DNA from: Podarcis bocagei
Taxonomy: Eukaryota
DNA length: 64,000 nt
NCBI GenBank assembly: GCA_964188305.1
Contig: OZ076892.1
Reading direction: 5' to 3' (one strand)
Shown here: piece after piece, positions 38,390 to 51,011 of the stretch
Numbering within the stretch: the stretch's first letter is position 1
Layout: each line of letters opens with the position of its first letter
Position numbers and translations under genes: made by a program
The notes under the pieces: generated by a model
The model's database searches: none
Seen by the model: only the letters and a program-made list of their open reading frames with translations
Told to the model about the DNA's origin: nothing

Positions 38390-38752
38390 AATCGAGGCTT
38401 TGGGTTCTTTTCTTCTTGCCAAGCCTGAAGCTGCGTGACCCTCCCCGCCTTCTCTCACCCCCCTCACCCTCCCGCCGTAGACTTGGTGGCGATGAAGCAG
38501 CCGAGGCTGCTGCTGCGGCTGTTGCCTGGCCATGGAGAGGGGTCCCTTGCGCGTGGGTCTGTTTATTTGTTTGTCCCCCAGCCCCGCTTCCCCCTCCCCG
38601 CCGCCACCGAGCTGGAGGGGGAGGAGGAGGAGGAGGGGAGCCCACGCCAGCCCCGCAGGACGACAGCTCTCCCACTTGCTCCACGATCGACCACCGACCT
38701 CTCTTAAGAGGAGCAGCAGCCGCAGCAGCAGCAGCGTGACCGGCCGGCCGAG
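38390..38752 (+). other. Putative first exon (5' UTR, possibly partly coding) of an unidentified gene; 5' boundary approximate
   Basis: Lies in the CpG-island core and ends at a near-consensus donor CCGAG|GTAAGG (GT at 38753-38754). No recognisable coding exon in the following 25 kb, consistent with a long intron 1. Confidence 0.65.
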
Positions 38753-38831
38753 GTAAGGCAGCGGCGGCGGCAGCAGCCGCGAGAGGGGGCGCCTCCGCCT
38801 CCTCCGCTCATCGGCTGGGCCTGATGTGAAT

Positions 38832-38990
38832 ATGCAAATAGGCGGCCTGCCCGACACGTGTCTGCCCGCCCCTCCCTCTCCCCCCCCCCCCGCAGGGTCC
38901 TCGGCTCAGCCGTGCTCGGCTCAGGGCTCTACTGCCTTGCAAAGCCAGAGCGGCAAGCGGGTGTTTGTTTGTTTATTCGCTCATTTGCAT
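38832..38990. promoter_or_regulatory. Octamer (POU) and forkhead motif cluster at the start of intron 1
   Basis: ATGCAAAT at 38832-38839, TGTTTGTTTGTTTAT at 38962-38976, ATTTGCAT at 38983-38990: AT-rich motifs within very GC-rich DNA. Confidence 0.55.
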
Positions 38991-41900
38991 GTTGGAGTGC
39001 GGGGAGGCGGAGGTGTGAGGGCCCGTGAGGTGACAGGAGAATCATGCGACAAATTAAATGTGATGGTGGTGGTGATCCCTCCTGGGTGAGGATCTGATGC
39101 AGAGGCGGCGGCTCTCCCCTCTTTTTAATACTCCCCTTCGCTGTTGATTGAGGTGGGGGTGGTTTGGCATCTTTTTTATGGTGATGATGACGATGATTTC
39201 AGCCCTCCTCTGGGGGGAAAGGTGGTCACTTTGAAAATGCCAGGTGGGGAGAAAGTTGAGGCACTTGGCACCCCGAGAATTACATTGCCACCTCCCCCAC
39301 CCTCTTGATTGCCCTGCATTGCTTGTTCATAAATTAGGGGTGCTTGGATTCTCCAAGAAATAAAACTAAGCCTGTTCCATTTTTTAGAGGAGGAGGCAGC
39401 TTTTATTTCGCAGGGTGCCTGTTTTTTGCTCATTGACATCCCCTGAAATTCTGTTTTGTTCCTTTTGCTACTTTCTTCAGCTACGTTTTAAGAAAAGGCC
39501 GTTTGCAAAGCAGATCCTGGAGCAGCCTTGGGGATCGGGCGCTTCTCAGTGGCTGGGTCTGAATTCTGGTTTGAGCGAGCGCACGCTCTGAGCCTCTTCT
39601 GAGCCTCCAGGCTGTTTTACTTGCAAAAGGGGGAACAAGGCAAGGAAGCAGCGATTATGAGCAGAATTAAATAGGAGGAAATGGGAGGAATGCAGCTGGA
39701 AGAGTAAATATTTTTTTCTCTGTAGCAGATTTCGGAGCTTCTAACAGAATCCCGATTCTTCCTCCCTTTTCCTGCCTGTCTTCCTGATGAAACTTCCTTG
39801 CCTGGTGTGCCCCCCCCCAATCTATTTTAAAGCCACGCAAGAGACCCGGAGAACCCTTTTCACTGCTGTCTCCTTTGGAGGATTCAAACCCCCCCCCCAC
39901 ACACACACTTTGAAAAAGGAAAATACCAGTCCCAACTGAACTCCTGGTTCTAGGATAAATTAAAAGCAAGAATGGCTGACTAACCATCAATGAAGGGAAC
40001 AGAAATGAAAAGAAAATACCACCTTTTGTGGAAGTAAAAGAGGGACCAGTTCACATGGCGAAATCCCCTCACCAGCCTAATTTTTCTGACCCTAAAACTA
40101 ATAATTGCTACTTCTCTGCCTGCATGACCACTCCATGTTCTCCCCTGTGCCTTCTTGACACAACCACCTATTTCTTGTGTTCCTGATCAGCCTTGCCTTG
40201 CGTCCCGTGCTCAAGGTCTGGGTGGCAGGGGATGCATTCCCCCTCAGGTGGCTTCTATCTCATGTGCCACCATGTTGATTTCTGGGTTCCACCATGGCTT
40301 AAGCGTGGTGCTTGAAGGGCCTGTCAGGGCAGGCCAAAGAGCAGGCAGGCAGAGCATTGAGCCAGCTTGGCTGTTGCAGCAGTTGCCTCTGGTGCTAAGG
40401 GCTCTCCCTTCAGTGCACCTGGGGGGTGCTGTGCACGGACCGCATCCTGCTTTCCCCAGGCCTGGCTCTTGTGTGCCAAAAAAGAAGAAAGGCAGGGATA
40501 AGGTCTGTTGTTACTGATCAGCCCAAGGGGATCATTAGGTCTCGGTTACCATCTACAAATCAGGAGCCTGGTGTCTCCTGCCTGGGCACTCATTGCCAAT
40601 TTGTTCCTATTAGATGGCCGAGCCCGGAGGTGTCTGATGATGAGCAGATTGGGTCTTTATCTCGGCAGCGGCAAGGCTGGAGAGGAGGCCAGCAAACACC
40701 GAGGCAGCGCAGCCCTTGCAGATTTGGGGTCTGTGATTTGTTGGACTTGCTGAGGATGGCAGCTTCTTTGCCTATATTGGGAAGGGAATTTCTGGGCCAA
40801 ATCTAGTTCCATCCATGTCTCCCCAACAAATATGATGGGAATTAAAGAGAAATCATTAACGAAGCCACTGTGTGTTAATAATATGTGGTTTATTTCCCAG
40901 TGGAATAAAAGATATTTTATGATACAAAGATATTCCTGTTAGGGCCCTTTGTCAGCATTTTCACACCCCTTGACTTGGAAGACATTTGGCCCCCAGACTT
41001 TGCAGGCTGTTTAAATCCACTGGAGGACAGTCCCAACTGCTCCTAGATATGAATGATGCAAAGGAAATAATTTCAAATAATCTATTTTTTAAAAAAACAG
41101 TAACACAGATATATATATATATATAAACATATATAGTCCTAGAATTCTCACTTTGTTTTGTACAGTATTAATGAGTAGGAGTTTTGTCCAGTATTAATAA
41201 GGCCAGGCTCAATTTGCATTTCATCCTCAGTCTGTGATTTTTTTCTGTATTGTGCAAAGATGCAAATGGGAAAGCGAAGTTCTCTAGGATGTCATTTTTG
41301 GGGACTTTGAACAGGGAGGAAAGGAACGGCAGCCCCTTGTAGCAGTATTTTTTGGTGGTGGGTGATTTCTGTGATCAGCCATGTCTCCCTTGTAAGGTGG
41401 TTCTTCAGCGCAGTTCCAGTGCATGTTCCACACTTTTGTCTGTCGCAGCTGCCTTTTTGGGTTTTACTGAGCTTTTCATTCGAAAGAGTTTGTTGAGGGC
41501 TTTAACTGACTCGGCCAGGATTTGAGTCTCAGAAGAATTTGCATGCCTACACCTTGAATCTCTTACCTGAGCTCCCCAAAGAGACATTTCTACCTTTGAT
41601 TGGCACATTACCTCATCTGCCCCAAAGCAGATGGGATTTTCAAGCTTGTGAAAAGTGTATTCACCCAAAGACTTGAATTGTAGAGAAAATTATAATTTTA
41701 TCCGTTGGTTAGAAAGCACGCTAATATAATCTCTGACTCCATTTTGGTTGTAAGCCAAATTTGGAGTATGAAGAAGAACATTCAAGTGCTTATGTGTTTT
41801 TGCCTTGTCTTTTAGGAGCGCACATTCTCTCCCATTTAATTTCTAGAGAGAAATTCTCCTCCTCATTTAATAACCTCAGAATTGTATCTTTTGCTCAGTG

Positions 41901-44802
41901 ATCAAGTACATCTCTTTGGTGCCTGTGACTTACAGTAGAAAAATAGGTTTAATTTATCATAGGCTAACATAACATCCAGCTTGCTTTGATCTGTATGTTG
42001 CATGGATCAAAATCAATTGGCATGTACTAGGAGGGTTTCTCTCTCTCTTAAGATTGCATTAATTTATATGTACATATTTATATACTCTTCTAATGCTAGA
42101 GTGTATATTTCAGTTGTTATCATTTTTTATTAGCAGAATATTTCATTTAAAGAAAACATTGTTAAAAACTACAGTTCAGTTAACTGTGACTAAAGTTCCT
42201 TAAATGCAATTCATAAAGATCCATCAATGTTGGATGCGTAATCTAGGATTTGTCTGAGAGTTCCTATGAAAACCTTTGCAGATTAAATATAAACAACCAA
42301 CCGGCCAAACAAACAAACACATAAAGTATGAAGACGAGGCTTAGCCAGGGCATTTACATGCCACAGATTTAGTATTTCAGGTTCATGTCAGCTTTCTGTT
42401 TTAACAGAGAGACTGTTGCGTTGTTTTTTCTGCTGCTGTTTTAAATATGACAAATCATCCTCCCTGTTTATATATCTCTCTGTCTATCGTTTGGGTTTAG
42501 GGTGAATTTCACATGTGAAATTTCTCCATGTAACATCTGATATGTTCTCAGCATGCTGGGGAAGGGTGGGGGGGATCCTTTTTAGATTAATGGTCAGTGT
42601 CTCATACACACAAATTTGTGTTAGGATGCTACAGAGAAGGTGCGAATTACTGACAAGATCTGGAATAATTCCTAATGCTGTAGAAGGGTTCATTTTCTCC
42701 TCCACATGATGGATGAGGCATAAGAAGTGCTTTTCTGAGATCATTAATGCGCATCATTCTCTTAAGTGTTATTAAAGTCCGTCTGTCTGAAGCTGCAGGA
42801 ACAATATCTTTCCCCTCATTTCGCCTGCTGTTTTTTTTTTTAAAAAAGAATAAATCACCCTCTACCTATAGATGCTGCCTTTTTGTAAATTCATTGTCAA
42901 AGGGTTATTTATTTTATAACGGTGCACACTTTCCAGAGCTACATTTCCCCTACCTTCTTTTTAAAATATTTGATTGCTGCTTGTGAGTCCACATGTAATT
43001 TCAAGAGTACATGATTCCTAACCTTTACAATTGCAACACCAGCCCCTGAAAAGCAAGCTTGTTAGGCTTTTTCCTTGAAGGTATTGTTCTAAGAGAGCAC
43101 TCTCCTTCTGCACTATATCTGGGCAAAGCAGCCCTCCTCTTAATTTTGGTTTGAATGTGGTGTGCGAGGCATAGAAGAAGAAGAAAACGGCAGCCCGCTG
43201 GCAGGGACAGTGGTGCTGATAGTAACCCCACCGCACTTTAAACGTGTTTGCTGCCCCTCCAGAGAAAGTATTGGCATGTTTCTGAGCTGTGGTCCAGCTG
43301 AGGGCAAGGCAAGGAGGCCATAGACAGGTAGAGGCCAGGTGCCACCAGCCAGTCTCGTATTTGGAAACAGAAATCATTATTCTTTTTGAAATATCTTCTT
43401 TCAGCCATTTTATTTCCACATATTTAAAAAACTTTGGCCCTTTACTTTGGGGGGGGGGCTGGAAATGCAAACTGAGCCATGGTGTAAGTGGGGGCAGGGT
43501 GGTGGTGGTGGTATCAGTAAGGCCAGCAGGGAAGAGGAGGGGTGTATGCCAGGTACTGATTGCAGATGGATCATATTAAATCAAAAGCAATTTTAGCCAA
43601 ACAGGAGAATTCACTTTAAAGCTTTTTTAACCTTCCTTAAGAGCCAATTTTCCCCCCTCAAAGCCCTGAGATAATAAAATACAATATAATTTATGGAGCG
43701 CTTTCCGTGGGTCTACATTCCTAACTCTCTCCTTCTTTTTCTTTTACTGTAAGATAAAACATACCCAACCACTGGGATGGCAATCAAGACAAAACAAAAT
43801 GCAGCTGATCATAAAGTCGTTTCAAAATGCCACACTCCTTTTGAAAGAGGCTTACCTGGAAAGGGTCCCCGATACACTTTTAATAGAATTTTAAAAAGTT
43901 CGAAACACAGCTGGGCAAAAGCCACAGCTGGGCTCTTGAACATTTAATTTGAGATTTGAATAATTCTCCAGATTGAGCTAGAATCATGAACGCCATATAA
44001 AAAGACCACTCCCCACCCCCATTCCTAAATTACATTATTCCACAGATGTGCAAATACTTCAGAGGGAAAAATTACATTGATCAGATTTTAATACCCCCCA
44101 TGTCACCCTTCAGTCAAAGGAGGGAAAAGCTCCCCCTCAGCCCTTTTCGTCTTCAGAAAGGTGCTAGATTATAAACATCTGAAGGAAATGAAAGGGGGGG
44201 TGGCCAGTCCGCCCCCAAATTCTTTCCAGATTTTCATTCCTTTCGCCAGAAGCCTTCTGTTCTCAGAGATGAGGGAGGGTTGGGGGGGATGAGACTGTTT
44301 CTTATTTAAGACTGAAAATCAAATACATTGATTATAGAGGTTACTAATTTTGATTTGGCTAATTTTGAGGGCCTTGGACCTGCACCCACAAGGGCCAGGG
44401 GGGCTTTCTGGGAATAGGAGCGACCCCCTTTCTTTGGGTCTGTATTTTCCTGAGAGTTTGGGAGCCCTGGCAGGCACAACCAAAGCCATGAGTTCAGAGC
44501 AAACACGTGTCTTCAAACTGCTTGGCAAAAAAGAAGGTTTGGCGGCCAATTTTTAATTCTTTACAGGAGACAATGAGGAGCAGATAAGTCATGTGTATCA
44601 AAGCAGAAGCTTTGCCTCAGTTTTCATTTGTGAACGTGCAGCCACAAGCTGCAGCCTGCATGTGGATGTGAGAGGAGAAGTGGTGTTAAAGTGCCTTATC
44701 TTGGCTTGAGTGAAAGCGCCTCGTAGGCCCAGGCTGCTCACAAAGCCTCCATAAGTCCAGGAGGGAATGGCCAGTCCAGGTTACGGCAAGAAGTTGTTCT
44801 AA

Positions 44803-44935
44803 TTGATTGATTGATTGATTGATTGATTAACATGCCTCCCTATACCCGGAGTTATCATGGCAGTTCACAGAACGAAATCAAAATATAAAACCACAATAGA
44901 TATAATCAAAATAAAAACAACAACAACCCCCCCCC
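44803..44935 (-). mobile_element. L2-type 3' tail with (TTGA)n
   Basis: (TTGA)n microsatellite, then GCCTCCCTATACCCG...GGCAGTTCACAG and an A-rich tract, the layout of a reverse-oriented L2 tail. Confidence 0.55.
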
Positions 44936-46276
44936 CAAAAAAAAGTGTTCTGCTGTGATCATGGAATGATGTTTGCTTTGAGCTAAACAACAGGTGCTTT
45001 TGTATAATAACAGAGTAGTTTTGAATGAGATTTTTGCAGTGGCGTTGCTTGGTCCATATGGCTGGTGGTGCATCCTTGAACTGAGGAATTAGCCCGTGCA
45101 TTTTAACACTGTTGTACATTGCCTCAAAACTTGACGTAGGAAGATAAACAATAAGATTGGTCAGCCACTTGAGTTGCATCAGTTTTGCAAAGATGGCCTC
45201 TCCTGTTGAACTGAAGTGTGGCCCCAAGGCCTCTCCCACCCAACCTCCATTCGCTGCTTGCCCAAGTTGTTGTTGTTGTTGTTTAAAAAAGAAGGCAAAA
45301 TCAAGCCTGGCACCATGGTTCCTTGCCTTTTGCTGTTCTGAAAAACTGAAAAGCCCCAGTAAAGAGGCGAAAGCAAAAGAATGCAGAGCCGATCACAGCG
45401 CTATGGAAACTGCTCCACAAAAATGTGGAACGAAAGCTTCGCCGGAGTGTGGTTCATGTATTGTAACAGCTGTGACAGCCTGGTACCGTTTAACACTTGT
45501 TCAATTATAAGAAGGAGGGGGAAATTCAAAAGGAAGCTTGATTTATAGAAGGCACATAATAATCTTTCAAATGTATAATGTAACTGTCCCTCCTGCAAAA
45601 AAAAAAAAAAAAAAAAAAGGAAAAGGAAAAAAGAGAACCCCCCCTCTCTTCCACAGTTTTGCCCCCCAACAGTGCATGGTCTGTTTGACAGTCTGGGGAA
45701 ATTCCTCTCCCATCCAGCTCCCCCACCTTCTGGCTTGAAATAATGTTTCCTAGGGCTTGTGCTAATAGTTATTTGTAAAAGTATTTGGGGCCTAGCAAGG
45801 ATTCTTGCAGAAACACATTGCTGTTTATGTTTTTGAGCACACTATTTTTATTTTTATTTTACTTTCTCTATAAATTATTATATTGCTATTGCATTAATGT
45901 GATTATTTTAAAAAGTGAGCGTGGCATGAGGTCACCAGCTCTGGCCTTTTCTGCTGAGGTGTGTTGGATCCTTTGTGTGGTGGTCAGATAACAATTTGCA
46001 GAGATGTACCACAGCAGCATTTGCTGCAGGAAAAAGAGTCACTGAGTGAACACAGTAAATATATCATTTTGTTCCAGTGATAATTCTTCTCCTGTTTAAG
46101 TTTATTGCATCAGCTGTGTAAGAATATTTAGGGTTAAGATTCCCCTAAGACTTGTACTTAAATATTTACTATTGTTTGCTACTATATTTGTGGTATAAAA
46201 ACTGTGAAAATATGTATCGTATCCTTTGATTCAGGCAAACTGTTTAGTCTAGAGATAAAGCCAGCACCGTGCTTTT

Positions 46277-46410
46277 NNNNNNNNNNNNNNNNNNNNNNNN
46301 NNNNNNNNNNNNNNNNNNNNNNNNNNNNNNNNNNNNNNNNNNNNNNNNNNNNNNNNNNNNNNNNNNNNNNNNNNNNNNNNNNNNNNNNNNNNNNNNNNNN
46401 NNNNNNNNNN
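46277..46410. other. Assembly gap (N run)
   Basis: 134 N. Confidence 0.99.
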
Positions 46411-48004
46411 GCTTGCCCTCTTGCATATCCCATCTTTCTCTTTGATCTTCAGCAAAAATAGTCATATAGTAAATGTTTGCATAAGGAGGCACACTTTGTG
46501 AGCAAAGGTCACTGGCTGCCGTTGACGAGAGTTGTGGGATAGGCAAGCAGGCAGTATTTCACCACCCCCTTAATATTATCAGACCTGCATAGCATAAAAA
46601 TCACTGTGTGGCTGAATGAACAGAAACTTTCTGACTGCACTCCATGCAAATTAGACATGAAAATAAATAAATGGCTGTAGGGGAAGTCAAATCAATTTAT
46701 CTCATGCCGATGGACTTCTGATACTAGGAATCCCCTTAGCCCCTCGCAGTGCCCAGATGCCTGTAGGTGCTCTGCATTTACCCCCCCCCCCAGGACCATC
46801 TATCTTCATGGAATCATCTGGACCCCCCCTCCGAGCTCCTTTGCCCCCCACCCCATGTGGGGACCGTTTCCCTCCCTGAAGGAGACAATGATAGGGTCCT
46901 TTTTCCTTTGTGTCCGAGGCCTCCTCATACACACTTGGCTTGTCAATCAACTGAATTACAAACATAGTAAATAAGAGTGGCAAATGAACTCACCTCCCAC
47001 CCACCCCCCGAGCCGAGGTGTAAATAATTCAAACTCCCCCACCCAGAATCTCGCATGGCTTGACAAACTCAGCTTGGACTTGACTGAAACCGGGAGACTG
47101 CCGAGACTGCGAAGGCGGTTAAAAATAAATAAATCTCTGACCGCAAACAGAGAAGCCTTCGAGAGAAAACCTGTTTGCTATAAGCCATGCGCAAAGGAGG
47201 GCCGCAGAAGAGCATGGTGGTTTTCTCTTTCTTCTGATTCAACCCCCCCCCCAAACATGCATACTTCTATGCTCCTACCCTCACCCCCCCAAATGTACAA
47301 GAGAGTTCTGGTGGTGTGCAGGGCAGGGTGGGGAGGACAGACTTTTTCAGGGCTTCCCAACAAAAACAGAATTGTTTCTTCGTGTATATTATTACGACCA
47401 AGTGGATGGTTTCCAGCTCCCTTGTCTGTTGTGCAGATAAACCGTTTCCTTATAATTCCTTCTTCCTCCTTTGCAATATCAGCCAACCGCCCAAGTAGCG
47501 GTCCATTGAAATCCTACTGAAGCCTGTTTATTGCTAGATATACCCCGATTAGGGGAGAAAGGGGGGGGGTCCCCAGCAGCTCCTTTTAAAGGATGCAAAA
47601 GGTGCCAGAGTTGCCCATCCTGTGTTGCATGATGGAAGGAGACACGGACATGCCATGAGGGTAAACTGAGCCAGGTGGGGTGAGCTGACCATGTTGTCCT
47701 TCAGACCAGGGATGTAGCCTTAGATTAGGCGAAGGATTTCGCAGCAGCTGATGAATTAGCTGGCTGGTTAAATTTCAAATGTTAAATCTCAGTAAAAGTG
47801 AATTTTTGGGCATGTATCATTTAATAAACAAAAGCAAGCAGTCATCGTTGGAAAGGAAGGCTGTTTTTATCCCACATACGCTCAAACACCAGAGCCAAGG
47901 TGGATCCAGCAGTATAATGCAGTAAGCCCTTTGGGTTGGTCAAAATACTTCCCACACATCTTGTTCTAATCTTCCCAGCAACCTTGCAAGGTAAGTCTCA
48001 CTCT

Positions 48005-48412
48005 CAGGAAGGGGTGGAAATTCGATTCAGTTTGCATTTAAAGATGAACTTGCAGTCTCTGAAACACATAGTGAAATACAACTATCTTTTGAAATTTGCA
48101 CTTTCTAGATTTTTTTTCAGTTCAGTTCTCTGGCCAAGAAAATGTGTACATTTTGATAAAGTGTTTATTATAATGTTTGTGGAATGAAAATAACAAAAAA
48201 TATATTGGGGAAAATTGCTTTGCAAAAATGTGTGAATTAGGCAAAATTGCATACAAACACATGTATATTGGTAGAAATTCATTCTAAAATGCTGACTGAT
48301 TTTCAGGGGAGTCTTTTTTTTAATCTGCAAATGGATGTGGAAATGTGAAGAACTGAATTTAAGACTGGAAAAATGAGAAACAAAAATAAACTGAAATGGA
48401 CACATTTGCCCT
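48005..48412 (+). mobile_element. Non-autonomous hAT-like element, TAGGGATG-ended family, copy 3
   Basis: Internal similarity to 727-1146 and 10298-10733 (ATATTGGGGAAAATTGCTTTG, TTAGGCAAAATTGCATACAAA, GATGTGGAAATG, GAAAAATGAGAA). Termini degraded. Confidence 0.78.
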
Positions 48413-48964
48413 TTTTTTTTTTACTCTCCTAGCCAGGAGTTGCAGGCCGTAGGGGCCCTGTTCAATGTGGCTGCTCCTGCAAGGCACAAGCAGCGCCCGT
48501 GGGGGAAAGCGTGAACCTTGCGGCGTCAGGGGCCTTGCACTGCTGGCAGGCTGATCACTTGCGTCGGGGTGTGTGTGTGTGTCAGTAGTACAGCAGAATC
48601 GTAGGCCAGAAATAAATAAATCATCTACAGGGTCTGTGCCATTCTCCAGCCGAAAAGCTTCTCTCTTCTTCCCAGCAGCAGAAGATGGCTTTTCTACTTC
48701 CTAAGGGTGCTGCTGGCAGGCAGGACACTGCAAGGAAAGAAAGCAGGCCGACAGTCCAGAGACATCCTCCTTTGCTGGCTCCCCATTGTTCTATTGTTTT
48801 CTGTTCCTTTTGTCATCTCATTGTTTTATTCTCTTGCTCACTTTCCCTTCTCCTTACACTTGGAATTCTCCCTCACTGTTTTATGCTCCCCACCTGACAT
48901 TTCTTCCTCATCTTCCTTCCCCAATATCTCGCCACTTGATTTTTTTTTAATGACTTCCAAAGAA

Positions 48965-48968
<4 letters not shown>

Positions 48969-49022
<54 letters not shown>

Positions 49023-49045
49023 GAGAGAGAGAGAGAGAGAGAGAG
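48969..49045. repeat. Compound microsatellite (AT)n-(AG)n
   Basis: Directly visible. Confidence 0.97.
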
Positions 49046-50935
49046 GAAAGTGACATTGAAGATTCCTTTGTTCCTCCCCACCATCCCTGACACTTCTTAC
49101 TTTTGTCATGTGTCAGTTCTTTGTTTGTGAGCCTATGAGCCAGGACGTATTTTTAAAGGGGGAGGGGGCTTAAAAATAAAATTAGAGCCCTACAAGTAAA
49201 TAAATAACTGTAGGTAATAAGTGCCTAGATACGACCCTTCAGGAACGTAACAAAAGAAGTGGCAGTTGTGCAAGAAGAGCCAGCTTGGGCCACCCTTACA
49301 TTTATAGCAGGTGGGGAATTTTCTTGGTGGATTGGGCCCAATAGCAGCAGCCAAAGAGCAACAAATAACCATTTGTTTTCCTCTACAGATGTGTTGTCTC
49401 CAGCTCCCCACGAAGTTGGCGGCCGGCTCTTTGTTGTGTTTTGTTTCCATTCTAGTGATTATTTCCTTGCAATATTCATCCAGCCTTTTGTGGACAGGAG
49501 CAGCCCTGTAAATGGCAGTGAGAGAGAAATAATATGTGTGCCATTTCATGACGGGGCCAATCTGCCTTTGAGGACTCTGGCCAGCTAAGAGCATCCCCTG
49601 GAGAGTATCCTCCATACACCATAACAAGAAACTCTGGCTGGCACCAAAGGGGCAGCATTTGAGAAATGAAATATGTAGAAAAGAATAAATGGAGGGCAAA
49701 GGTAGGCACAGAGGTGGGTCTGCCAGTGCCGAAGTCTAGAGGACATTCCGGGTGCAAGCAAACCATCTCCAAAGGCCGCCCTTTTTGGGCAGCCTGTCAG
49801 ACATTTCCAACCAAGCCAGCATTTCAGGGGATTTAACTGGTCAGCCATTTCTGTGGTTTCCTTGGAATGTTATCATTCATGCTGATCATGTTTTATAGGT
49901 TCAGATGTATTTTAGAGTTGCAGTTGTTAGCTGTATAGCGCCTGCTGGAATATAAGTGGGGTAACGTTTATATTAAACCAACGGAAATGATTCTGCAAGG
50001 CAGATATCCGGTTCTGCCCTTCTCAGAGTAAATGTTTCCTAGCCACCCCAAAATCTGGCGTCATCGTTTTCTTACCCAGCACACAACTGCTTTCAAGCGG
50101 TCTTTAGGGCTGTGCTGACAGGGGTTGATAGGAGCTGTTGTCCAAACCACCTTCAGGGCACCTAGGTTGCTAATGGGAGGGGCGGGCTGTCTACCTGTTG
50201 CCTGGATTGGCCTGTTCAGAGGAGACCTTTCAGGAAATCCCTTGTTCCAACCAGGATAGTGGAACGTTGGACCTGGACTTAATAGGGGCCATACAGTTCT
50301 TTCCCCAAAAATGGAGGGTGGGAAGGTGGCTGAGTTTGAGGACAAACACAAGGGCCACGTGTGACGCCCCTGCCTCCTTCCTGGCTGCACCGTCTCTTTG
50401 GCATGAGGCCGGCACGGATGGCGGAGACGTCATGAAGTTGCTCCCACGATGTTGGCGCTGCCTGCTGATTGTGTGCCACCCCCACTTCTCCCTACTTGAG
50501 ATCTGAAGATGAGTGCTTGGAGGAAGGGGGGCAGCCACAAGCCGAAGACTGAGGAGGGCAGCCGCCCACGTGATTATTTTCCTTTGAGTTGTTCTCTTGA
50601 AGCTCAACATGCTTGGAAGGAGCTGAAAAGAGAATCTTTAGCTGAGAATTAAGAAGGAAAACACGAGGGGGGGTGTTGATGTCAGGAGCAGAACAGGATG
50701 CTTTACAAATGGAAGTGATGCATACTCCAGTGACTTCTCTTTTACTTCACGTTTGGTGAAGGAGATTGCTAGGCTGGGCATGTCTCCAGCTAATTTTCCA
50801 GCCTTTTTGAAATGCCAAGAGCGCCTTCCCAGGGCGACTTACCTCTGCTTTCCCAGTAGATGGCATTGCTGTCTGTTCAGTAAGACCTGGCTCCTATTTT
50901 GCCTTCTGCTAGGGCTTATTTTCATTAAATGCTGG

Positions 50936-50979
<44 letters not shown>

Positions 50980-51011
50980 ACACAGCAACATGTGTGTGTG
51001 ATGTGTGTGTG
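50936..51011. repeat. (TG)n microsatellite with interrupted extension
   Basis: Pure TG run at 50936-50977, then shorter TG runs. Confidence 0.95.

Larger units (their letters stand above)
36900..39120. promoter_or_regulatory. CpG island / GC-rich promoter region
   Basis: Sharp rise in GC and CpG density (densest ~37900-39050) against a CpG-depleted background. GC boxes, GCG/GCA runs, no recognisable transposons. Confidence 0.85.

Noticed and set aside
38775-38795. CTCF-like CCGCGAGAGGGGGCGCC after the donor
   Set aside because: Core spacing does not fit the CTCF consensus; such strings are expected in GC-rich islands.
36801-38857. Long ORFs of 189-228 aa (36801-37370, 36913-37512, 37684-38370, 38219-38857)
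   Set aside because: They lie in the GC-rich island where stops are rare, overlap on both strands, are low-complexity and show no recognisable domain.
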